NCBI GenBank assembly: GCA_963772835.1
Contig: CAVYYZ010000003.1
Coordinates: 205,222-269,221 of the forward strand
DNA: 64,000 nt
From: an uncultured delta proteobacterium
GTDB lineage: Bacteria; Desulfobacterota; Desulfuromonadia; Geobacterales; Pseudopelobacteraceae
Reading direction: 5' to 3'
Shown piece after piece: positions 30,244 to 39,900 of this stretch. The notes below the pieces were generated by a model, which was given only the letters and a program-made list of their open reading frames with translations, was not told the DNA's origin and made no database searches. How positions within the stretch are numbered: the first letter of the stretch is position 1; each line of letters starts with the position of its first letter. A program made the translations under genes and the position numbers.

Positions 30244-31365
30244 TCACCTCTCCGACGGTGCCCACATGACCATCCTGCTGCCTCTGACGTACCGCCACCA
30301 CGCGGCAATAATGGCTGCATTGACTGTTACGAAATAAACAGGAATCTTCACCAATGCATGGGTAGACATAGATTTAGCGCCCCATCCAAGCAGGGCAATA
30401 AGGTAAAAAGTAATATGAAGTGCAAAGATTATGGAGTATCCGACCGAATTAAAACTTAATGCCGCATTGGTCAAAAAAGCGGCACACAGGAAGAGAGGCA
30501 CCAGCCATCTTAGCAGCTTGTGGCAGAAATACTGGTATGAAAACAGTCCGTACCGGAACGGATTAAGAAATTCGAGATTATGAAAAAATACCGTCAGTCC
30601 TCTGATCACCGTGCGAATTTTACGATCGAACTCACGCTTGCTGTCGGAAATATCCTGATAGCATCCTATGGCATCAGAGTCACTCACTCCCCGCATCCCT
30701 AACTTCATACTATTCAGAACAGTCCTGAAATCACTCTGCATCTCTCCGGAAAAGTCACGACATACGTCAGCGCGTGCAGCAAAAAACGAGCCGCTGAGTC
30801 CGACAAGGGAGTTGACTTTAGATTCCAGATCCCTCAGCCACATTTCATACCTGACATAGAAGCCCTCGCCGCACGGTTTGCCATCGCGACCGATTACCTT
30901 GTCTGAACTGCTTACGCAGCCAACCGATGAATCGGCAAAGTTGGCAATGATTTCCTTAAGTCCGCAGGGATCAATAAGAGTGGCCACGTCGGAGAAGACG
31001 ATGATATCACCGGTGGCGTGCAGTACGGCGTCTTTCTGTGCGCTTTCCTTGCCGCGACGTTCTTCGAAGGCAAGGAGCTCTATGCCGTGGTCAGAGTAAT
31101 CCAGTACAATCTTGTTAGTCCCATCGGTAGAGCCATCAGAGGCTACCAGTACCTGAAGTTTTCCAGCCGGATACTCCAGGGTGAGGGTGTTATTGAGTTT
31201 TTCCCTGATCCTGCGCTCTTCGTTGCAGGCGGTGATAATGAGGGTCGCACGCGGTTCAAATGAAACTTTTGACGTCGGTCTCCGTCTCAGCAGGAGAAGG
31301 GATAACGGATAACCAAAGTAGGCGTGAAAAACCAGAAATAAAGATGCTGTAAAAAGTAATTCCAT
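30244..31365 (-). CDS. Glycosyltransferase family 2, membrane-associated
   Basis: ITACNEE, VASDGSTD, GKESAQ, VFSD and HKLLRW motifs. Confidence 0.9.
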   Translation of the reverse strand: MELLFTASLFLVFHAYFGYPLSLLLLRRRPTSKVSFEPRATLIITACNEERRIREKLNNTLTLEYPAGKLQVLVASDGSTDGTNKIVLDYSDHGIELLAFEERRGKESAQKDAVLHATGDIIVFSDVATLIDPCGLKEIIANFADSSVGCVSSSDKVIGRDGKPCGEGFYVRYEMWLRDLESKVNSLVGLSGSFFAARADVCRDFSGEMQSDFRTVLNSMKLGMRGVSDSDAIGCYQDISDSKREFDRKIRTVIRGLTVFFHNLEFLNPFRYGLFSYQYFCHKLLRWLVPLFLCAAFLTNAALSFNSVGYSIIFALHITFYLIALLGWGAKSMSTHALVKIPVYFVTVNAAIIAAWWRYVRGSRMVMWAPSER

Positions 31366-31386
31366 GGGAACTCCTCAGGAAAGCCT

Positions 31387-32565
31387 TTATTGTGCCCAGT
31401 TAACTGCATTCTGTTCGCGCCATTCAAGGGTAGGTGACCGCGTCCGGAAATAGAGCCGGCAATACGTTTCAGCCATACTCTCAGCAGAAAAAAACCGGCA
31501 AGCCTTGTCTCTGGCTGCCCGCGACATTTCCACTCGTAGCTCCCTGTTCTCCTGCAGGAGCAGGCATTTTTCCGCAAATGCTTCAGGATTGCGACTCTCA
31601 ATCAGGAATCCCTCGACTCCGTTAGTGATGATCTCGCCGATTCCTCCTACTGCGGGGGCGATGACCGGGATTCCCCGGGCAATTGCTTCAAGAATGGTCA
31701 TAGGAATACCTTCGTGAATCGAAGTGTTAAGGTACACATCTATGCCGTTATAAAAATGATCCATATCGTCCTGATACCCCTTTAAAGTAAAACAATCCTG
31801 CAGCCCATAGCGTTGAACCATGGATTCAATAACAGGCCTTTCGGGACCTTCTCCCACCAGTTCAAAGTGAACTTTCCGGGAGGTGGTGTTACCAATTGAT
31901 CTGGCAACTTCAACCATGAGCGGGTAGTCCTTTACCGGGAATAAACGTCCGGAAGAGCCGATTACAAACGTTTTGGAATTCTGCCGGGTCAAAGTGGCAT
32001 CCGGCAGTTCAATGCCGTTATGAATTGACTCAATGCTGCTTTCTCTGAATGCATACTGCGTAATAAGTGTCTTTTGTACATCTGTCGATACCGCTACTAT
32101 TCTCGAGAAACATTTTGACAGCAGGTAGAAATTTATTTTGGAGACAGCCCGGCTCAATAATGAGCCATTCTCACTGACTATTTCCGGCAGACCATGCTGG
32201 GTGGCGATCAGTTTATTGCTCCGGTGCATGTTTCTGTTGAATGCGACCGACAGGGCAGCCAGAATGTTTTCCTTGTAGCGATGTGAGTGAATTAGATCAG
32301 GAGGATGCATTCTCATGATCTTGCGGGTCTTCCACACGATTTCCCAAAATGAATACTGTTTTTCATCGATCACATGTACCGATATACCGATTTCTCTCAA
32401 TTTATGGGCCAGTTTCCCTTCGTTAAGAAGGATAACAACGAGGTTAAGATCCGGATAGTTCCTTAACTGACTGAGCAGGGTGAAGGCCATAGATTCTGCG
32501 CCTGCCCAGAGGTCGCCGGAAATAAAGTGATATATATTCATCTTTGAAATATCCGTGTTATTCAT
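31387..32565 (-). CDS. Glycosyltransferase family 4
   Basis: WAGAE, IHNGI, GRLFPVKD and TSIHEGIPMTILEA motifs. Confidence 0.9.
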   Translation of the reverse strand: MNNTDISKMNIYHFISGDLWAGAESMAFTLLSQLRNYPDLNLVVILLNEGKLAHKLREIGISVHVIDEKQYSFWEIVWKTRKIMRMHPPDLIHSHRYKENILAALSVAFNRNMHRSNKLIATQHGLPEIVSENGSLLSRAVSKINFYLLSKCFSRIVAVSTDVQKTLITQYAFRESSIESIHNGIELPDATLTRQNSKTFVIGSSGRLFPVKDYPLMVEVARSIGNTTSRKVHFELVGEGPERPVIESMVQRYGLQDCFTLKGYQDDMDHFYNGIDVYLNTSIHEGIPMTILEAIARGIPVIAPAVGGIGEIITNGVEGFLIESRNPEAFAEKCLLLQENRELRVEMSRAARDKACRFFSAESMAETYCRLYFRTRSPTLEWREQNAVNWAQ

Positions 32566-32630
32566 GAGTTATCGGTAAATATTCATGTATATTCATCCTT
32601 GGGTATCAGTACGTATTTGAACGGCATTTT

Positions 32631-33664
32631 CTAAGTGATATCGAAATTCAACTGTCTGGTATTATCTGTTTCATGTTTTGTTGGTTCAGCGCTTTGCTCC
32701 TTTTGAAGACGCCACAGCCATTTACTGAAAGCTTGTTCGGCTCTTTCGAATGTCCAGGATCTGGAACGGAGGCCCCTTTTTACTTTGAGTGCATAGCCGT
32801 ACATTTTGCCGTACATATTATATTCGTCTTCACCGGTGCCCACTTTTTCCATAACCCCAAGGTGGTTCCAGGGCTGCCACTGCCGGGCAAACTCTTCAAG
32901 TTGCTGCTTCGATAATTCCTCCTTATGCACCCTGATCCCTTTTTTTTGGAGTTTCGGTGAGTCAACTTCTTTAAGTCGTTGAAAGTTACTGGCCGAGGCG
33001 ACATCCGTATCCTCCAGCGTTACCGGGAAGTACGGTACACATGCGCCGCAACGATAACAATACCGCTCAATCTGATCGCGAAATTCCTCTGGATCCTTGT
33101 CCCACCACCCATGCTCCACCGGATGACCTCCCGGTCCCTCAAACAGAACATCCATAGCCGCCGCAATTTCGCAGAAAAAAGATCCCTTCGGGTTTATCGA
33201 TGCTGACCATCTTCGGTTGACCCAGCAGTCATCAACCAATCGCCCGATTAATTCCTTGTCATCAATAACGTCACTGACACTGAGCAACATTGGATGGTGT
33301 TTCTGGGTTGTATCTCTGTGGTTGTTCAGGGTGACATTTTCACCGAATGTTTTGCGTACAACTCCGCTGTATACATTCCAGTTGTAACCCGAAGTAAAAA
33401 GATGCCTCTTTTCCGGAGAAACTTTTTTTCTCATAAGATGGCAGATATCAGGAAAATCTGGATGCATCAGCGGTTCTCCCCCCATGATACCTATGCTGCC
33501 TGGAAAGCCGAGTAATCGAATCAATCGCTTTTTCAACCTGTTCAAGATGTCATAAAATAAGTATTCCGGTAATGTCCTGAAAAACGGGAACAATTCGTAC
33601 ATTCATTCATACAGGCATTAGTTACTTCTATCTGGATCCGGAATTTATCCCGCACTGGTAGCAT
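32631..33664 (-). pseudogene. Radical SAM protein whose N-terminus is detached by two 1-bp frameshifts
   Basis: AAAGGAG RBS, then ATG 33664 gives MLPVRDKFRIQIEVTNACMNECTNCSR (CxxxCxxC); LEQVEKAIDS follows in a second frame and LLGFPGSIGIMGGEP in a third. Confidence 0.85.
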
Positions 33665-33698
33665 ATAAGTGATCTCCTTTCGTTTTTTAGAAAAAGTT

Positions 33699-33714
33699 AG
33701 CATGTTGTGTGCCA
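33699..33714 (-). promoter_or_regulatory. Sigma54 promoter of the radical SAM-GT4-GT2 operon, with adjacent IHF-like site
   Basis: Minus strand TGGCACACAACATGCT (GG-N10-GC); TATCAGTGGGTTA at 33731-33743 fits WATCARnnnnTTR. Confidence 0.7.
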
Positions 33715-34267
33715 CAACTAATTGTATGTATATCAGTGGGTTAGGATAGGTATGTGAAGTGCTGAAATGTTAGTAATGCGTCGATAATAAAAGTAGAAAA
33801 GTCATAAAAGCTGAACAGACAAGGGAATTGGTAACAGGTAAATAAATTGCACTCTGATATTTTTTTACTTAACCCGTTGTTGAAGGTGTAATTAATTTCC
33901 CGTCGTACCGATGGGAATTTCATTTTTGTTAATTCGTTCAGCTCGTGTTACCGCACAGCAAAGGCAGCTATATTGTTAACATCACGAAATATATTTGCCT
34001 TCACTTTAACTCCCTATAAATAGCCGTCCTTGCTCTGTTTTATACATTTGCCGTGTTCTTTTTTGAGCTCTCAGGTTCTGATATGATATCCATAACAGAT
34101 AATTACTATTAAAAAAAATGAAAAACTCTTTGGCATGTTTTGTGATTGGTACTGATTTACATTCAGTGGGGCCTCGATGGTAACACGAACAGTGTCTATT
34201 CTGGCCGAACCGGTCAATAACAATTCGTCACTAAAGGAGTTAAACATGAGAATCGAAGAGAATATAA

Positions 34268-35016
34268 ATGAAGAAACATGCATTTTCAATTGTTTTTGTC
34301 ATTGATTTTACTCACTTCTGTTTCTTTTACTGATGGCTTGTGTGGTTGCGGTTCGCAGTAGCAACTCATCGGCAAAAATAATGCCCGAATCTATTGTAGT
34401 CCAGCCGTATAATAATAAATTGGCAATTGGTAAATCACAACAATTCAAGTTAGTCAGTTCTTACTCCGGTGATGTAAGCGTCATCAGCGGTCTGGAGTTC
34501 GTCGTCTTCCTCCGTTGCTGCAATATCTTCGGCCGGAATGGTGTCAGCAATGGCAGTAGGTGAAACAACGATTTCAGCGACCAGAGGAGGGAGTACGTAT
34601 TCGACAGTTTTGCTGTACCTGTGGTTCCCCCGGTATTCGGCAACATATCAGGGGCACATGCGAGTCCGACCGGGATATGGGACGGGACGTATACAATTTA
34701 TGAAGCTATTGATACAAAAGAGATCGGCACATACACGTTTAAATTAAATCTTAACCAAAACGGGACCAGCGTAACCGGAACATCATCATTACGTTATAAT
34801 ATTGTCAGCCAGAAAGCGGATGGTACGTTTACTGAAGGAACTATCAACGACAGTGTCATTAATTTTGTCTTCAAATATATTGACCCAAGATCCTCGTACG
34901 AAATGGTTAATATCGGAACGGCTGTAATTAACGGAAACACGATGACCGGAGAAGTCCTGGAAAACCACAAAAACGGATGGAATTGCAGTTACCGTTTCAC
35001 TGTACATAAACAATAA
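34268..35016 (+). pseudogene. Probable lipoprotein with Big_2 Ig domain, broken by several frameshifts
   Basis: Pieces in different frames: MKKH + hydrophobic stretch + LMAC; IVVQP..IGKSQQF; VWSSSSSSVAAISSAGMVSAMAVGETTISAT; C-terminal beta domain TGIWDGTY.. Confidence 0.55.
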
Positions 35017-35056
35017 CTTCATTCACATTCAGCTGTCTTCCATCGCACATACAGCG

Positions 35057-35093
35057 GCCGGGTACCTGAAAAGGGTGCCCGGCTTTATATTTT
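35057..35093 (+). terminator. Intrinsic terminator
   Basis: GCCGGGTACC-TGAAAAG-GGTGCCCGGC followed by TTTATATTTT. Confidence 0.7.
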
Positions 35094-35414
35094 CGAATAA
35101 CGAATCACAGCACTACACGGCTCGTGGAAGTATCAATAAGATTATCATGAGATCTGGTTTTTTCTCTTCATTGTCCGTTCATTCTGTTACATGCCTCCGG
35201 CAAGAATAATAACAATTCACGTTTTTTTTGCAGTCACCCGCTTATCCGTGTCATTGCTGCATTTACAGAATCAGGTGGTATCAAGGCACACCAAAATGTA
35301 ACAGCAAATAGTATCCAATAAATTCTTAACACTCTGTAATCACTGTATTTAAAATTTGGCGTAGTACGTGAAGTGGTGGTATCACCGTTGGGACGATTTC
35401 CGAAAGGAGTCAGT

Positions 35415-36413
35415 ATGAAAATAATACTTCCTGTAGCAGGAAAAGGAACCAGGTTGTGGCCTCAGACACAGACGAAAGCGAAATCTCTTGTTCATGTGGC
35501 CGGTAAAACCGTGCTTGAACATATTATCAACCGTCTCAAACATTTGCAGGCAACAGAATATATATTCATCACAGATGAAAACGGTTGTCAGATCAGTGCG
35601 TTTATGGAAGAAAAATTTCCTTCTCTTTCGTGCTGCTATATCGTTCAAAAAGAGCAAAAAGGACCCGCTCACGCGGTATCACTCGCCGCCCCATGTATTG
35701 GAAAAGACGACGATCTCCTGATAGTCTTCAACGATACTATTTTTGATGCAGATCTCAGCAGGATTAATGACCTCTGCGCAGGTTGCGATGGCCTTATCTA
35801 TTCCAAGGAAGTGGAGGATTACCAGCGTTTCGGCGTAAATGTAGTAATTGACGGCTTCATTACAGAAATGGTGGAAAAGCCGGACAAGCCGGTTTCAAAG
35901 CTGGCACAGGTCGGACTTTACTACCTGAAAGACGGATCAGCATTCATGCAGTATCTCAGTCATGCTATATCGGACGGAGAACTGGTAAAAGGCGAATATT
36001 ATCTCCCCGCTGTTTTTATGCGGATGATTCAGGACGGGAGAACGTTCAAGGCTCCTGAGATCGATGCCTGGCTGGATTGCGGCAAGCCCGAAACCCTGCT
36101 TGAATCTAACAGCTATCTGCTTATCGGCCGTCATCATATCCATGGTTCAGCTATAGATTCGGTACTTATAGAACCTGTGCACATCGAAAAGGGGGCTGTT
36201 GTACGTGGATGCATACTCGGCCCGAATGTTTCTGTTGCGGCCGGAAGTATCATTGAAACGAGCATCGTCCGGAACTCAATTATTAACGGTAAGTCCCACG
36301 TCAAAAATATGATTCTGCAGAACTCAATTCTTGGAGACGCTGTTCACCTTACCAGTTCGGCCCGGCGCATGAATATTGGTGACCACTCGATGATCGAATT
36401 GCAAGGAGGATAG
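35415..36413 (+). CDS. Sugar-1-phosphate nucleotidyltransferase with C-terminal left-handed beta-helix
   Basis: ILPVAGKGTRL..K and WLDCGK motifs; hexapeptide-repeat tail; AAAGGAG RBS. Confidence 0.9.
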   Translation: MKIILPVAGKGTRLWPQTQTKAKSLVHVAGKTVLEHIINRLKHLQATEYIFITDENGCQISAFMEEKFPSLSCCYIVQKEQKGPAHAVSLAAPCIGKDDDLLIVFNDTIFDADLSRINDLCAGCDGLIYSKEVEDYQRFGVNVVIDGFITEMVEKPDKPVSKLAQVGLYYLKDGSAFMQYLSHAISDGELVKGEYYLPAVFMRMIQDGRTFKAPEIDAWLDCGKPETLLESNSYLLIGRHHIHGSAIDSVLIEPVHIEKGAVVRGCILGPNVSVAAGSIIETSIVRNSIINGKSHVKNMILQNSILGDAVHLTSSARRMNIGDHSMIELQGG

Positions 36414-36622
36414 TTTCGTATTATCGTGAATAGTCACATCTCCGTGTTCTTCGCAGCATAATTCCGAAGAAAACTCCGCTGTATACTCCTTTCCCCGCCA
36501 GTAGTGAAGGCACTCTTTTATCCTGCAAAAAATACCGTAAATTGTGTCGGTCCGGTTTACAGTTACAGCCGATATCCTCCGTATAATAAAATATTACGTA
36601 ATAAATACAGTTAAATACGATG

Positions 36623-36638
36623 TGGCACGTTTGATGCT
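36623..36638 (+). promoter_or_regulatory. Sigma54 promoter
   Basis: TGGCACGTTTGATGCT (GG-N10-GC), about 60 bp before the 70-aa gene and the MshEN-adhesin gene. Confidence 0.7.
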
Positions 36639-36696
36639 TTTTATTCTATGTCATTCTACCGGACACTCGATAAAATATGTCTGAAAGGAGATTGTC

Positions 36697-36909
36697 ATGT
36701 TAATCAGAGTGAAATATATGGATGAACATTTTGACATGGTTCGTCCCGATGTTCTGGATCGTCTTCTGGAAGAGGGTAAAGTTCGTGAGTTTCAACGACA
36801 TGACGGGTGGGTTATGCCAGGCGTTGCCACCTTGCGTCGTTCGAACAGAAATAAATATTCAGGGTCAGAACGGAGAATGGAGCATCTGGCACGTCGTGCT
36901 TATAGTTAG
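36697..36909 (+). CDS. Small GSU3473-family-like protein
   Basis: AAAGGAG RBS; MLIRVKY.D..FDMV....LD.L......F.R.DGWV....LR......YSG.ERR pattern recalled from Geobacter proteins. Confidence 0.75.
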   Translation: MLIRVKYMDEHFDMVRPDVLDRLLEEGKVREFQRHDGWVMPGVATLRRSNRNKYSGSERRMEHLARRAYS

Positions 36910-36971
36910 TCGTAGTTGAAATAACGCACAGTGGGGAATTTCCCGTCCTCGACAATGAAGGAGCGTATGCC

Positions 36972-39900
36972 ATGAAACAGCTAATCAAACGGAAAATCGG
37001 CCGGATATTATTGGATGGCGGATTTATGTCCAATCGCGAACTCGATCGGGCATTGGTGGAGCAAACGCATACAAAAGAACTTTTGGGACATGTTCTGGTC
37101 AGGATGGGAGTTGTTAAGGAACGTGATTTCAAGGTGCCGCTCATACTGCAGCGACACCTCAACGATATAGAAGATGCGGTAAAAATAGCCGCCGGTGAGA
37201 GAGAATTGCTGGGTATGCTGCTGGTTCATTCAGGGCATATAACAAAAGAACAGCTTGATCAAGCCATTGCCGAGCAGAAAAAGAGTGGTCAGAGACTGGG
37301 TGAAGTTTTTATTCGTCTCGGGATGTTGCAGGAACGACAGCTCACCGGGCTTTTGGACTTCCAGAGTAAGCAGCAAGAACATACACGTAACCCTCTCAGG
37401 CTCGGTGAATTACTGGTTGCAACCGGTCATATCTCGAGAAAACAGCTGAATGATGCCATTCTCAAACAGTCAATTACGCATAAAAAACTGGGTGAAATTC
37501 TGGTTGATGAGGGGTATGTGCGCCCCAGTCTCGTAAAGTACGGCATCTGCATGCAGAAGATGCTTGTCGGTTCAGTGCTGGCCGGTATCATTTCCCTCGG
37601 CGGTGCTTCAAGGGGGTTTGCATCCAGCGTCGTACTTCAATGGGACCCAAGTACCGGGACCGAAGTAACCGGGTATAAGGTATATACCTCTCCGGGCTCA
37701 ACTCCGCTCACAGGAAGCGTTCCGATGGACGTTCAGGCTCAGACGACAACAACCATCAGCGGACTTGACCCTACTCAATCACATCAGTTTGCCGTTACCG
37801 CCTATAATGTCTCAGGGTCGGAGAGTGCGTTCTCGAATGTTGTCTCTATTCCGGAACAGAGTGCGCCGACAGTTAGCATCTCGTCTCCGTCGGGCTCAAT
37901 CAATGTGAGCGGAACAGTATTAATCAGTGTCAATGCCTCGGACAATGTCGGAGTTTCAAAAGTAGAGTTCTATGTCAATGGTGTGCTGAAGGCGACGGAT
38001 ACCGCTACACCGTATGTTTATTCATGGGATACAACTACTCTTGCACCGGGTGCCTACACGTTGATGGCCAAGGCGTATGACGCTGCAGGAAATATCGGCC
38101 AATCAGCCACATCTACCGTTACTGTTGTAAATGATGTCACTCCTCCGACTGTTGCAGTAACTTCACCCGTAAACAATGCCATTGTGAGCGGGACGGTGAT
38201 TATTAATTCCAGTGCCAGCGACAATGTCGGCGTAAGTAAAGTTGAGTTTTATGCTAACGGAGTATTTTTATACGCAAGTAATGTGTCACCATACAGCTTC
38301 AGCTGGGATACAAAAGGCGTAGCCAACGGCACTTATACACTTTACGCCAAGGCATACGATAACGTCGGGAACTCGGTGCAATCGTCCTTTGTGACGGTGA
38401 CGGTGAATAATAGTATTGTTACCGATACGATCGCACCGACTTTGAGCAGTTTCATCCTACCGGCGACCTCAACATCACTGACCGTACCGGTTTCCGGCTT
38501 TAGCGCAAGCGACAACAGTGCCGTTACCGGCTATATGATCACGGAAAGCTCCACGAAGCCGTCAGCCGTTGCCACCGGCTGGAGCAGCAGTGCGCCGTCA
38601 AGTTTTACCTTCTCGTCCGCCGGTGTAAAAACCGCCTACGCCTGGGCAAAGGATGCCGCCGGAAACGTGTCCAACAGCAGCTCGGCCTCGGTTACGATAA
38701 CAGTTGCCAGCCCGGTCATACCTGCGGCAACCACGTTAACCGCCTGGTCCGCCTCAACGGTTCCCGGAATAATTGATTCGGGCCCGGATGCTGCGGTGGA
38801 ATTGGGAGTTAAATTCCGCTCCGATGTGGATAGTACCATCACCGGTGTCCGTTTCTATAAGGCCGGCACCAACACCGGCACCCATACCGGCAATCTGTGG
38901 GACAGTACCGGAAAACTTCTTGCCACTGCGACATTTGCCAACGAAACCGCTTCCGGATGGCAGCAGGTGAACTTCACCACCCCTGTGGCCATTACCGCCA
39001 ATACGGTCTATGTCGCTTCATATCACTCCAATGCGGGGCATTACAGCGATGACCAGAACTTCTTTGCCGGCAAGGGGGTTGATAACGGTTCACTCCATCT
39101 GCTGGCTGACGGTGTGTCCGGCCCGAGCGGCGTCTACATGTACGGAACGGCAAGTAAATTCCCCAACCAGGGGTGGAACAGTTCCAACTACTGGGTCGAT
39201 GTGGTCTGCAGCACTCCGGCCACCGGCACCATAGCACAGCCTGACGTAACCGCCCCGACGCTGAGCAGCTTCACCCTTCCATCGACAGCAACATCGCTGA
39301 CCGTCCCGGTTTCCGGCCTGAGCGCAAGCGACAACAGTGCCGTCACCGGCTATATGATCACGGAAAGTTCCACGAAGCCGTCAGCCGGTGCCACCGGCTG
39401 GAGCAGCAGTGCGCCCAGCAGCTTCACCTTCTCGTCTGCCGGCGTAAAAACCGCCTACGCCTGGGCAAAGGATGCCGCCGGAAACGTATCCAACAGTAGC
39501 TCAGCGTCAGTAACCATAACGCTGCCTGACACAATTGCTCCGACGCTGAGCAGCTTCACTCTACCGGCGACCTCAACATCACTGACCGTACCGGTTTCCG
39601 GCTTTAGCGCAAGCGACAACAGTGCCGTTACCGGCTATATGATCACGGAAAGCTCCACGAAGCCGTCAGCCGGTGCCACCGGCTGGAGCAGCAGTGCGCC
39701 CAGCAGCTTTACCTTCTCGTCCGCCGGCGTAAAAACCGCCTACGCCTGGGCAAAGGATGCCGCCGGAAACGTGTCCAACAGTAGCTCAGCGTCAGTAACC
39801 ATAACGCTGCCTGACACAATTGCTCCGACGCTGAGCAGCTTCACTCTACCGGCGACCTCAACATCACTGACCGTACCGGTTTCCGGCTTTAGCGCAAGCG

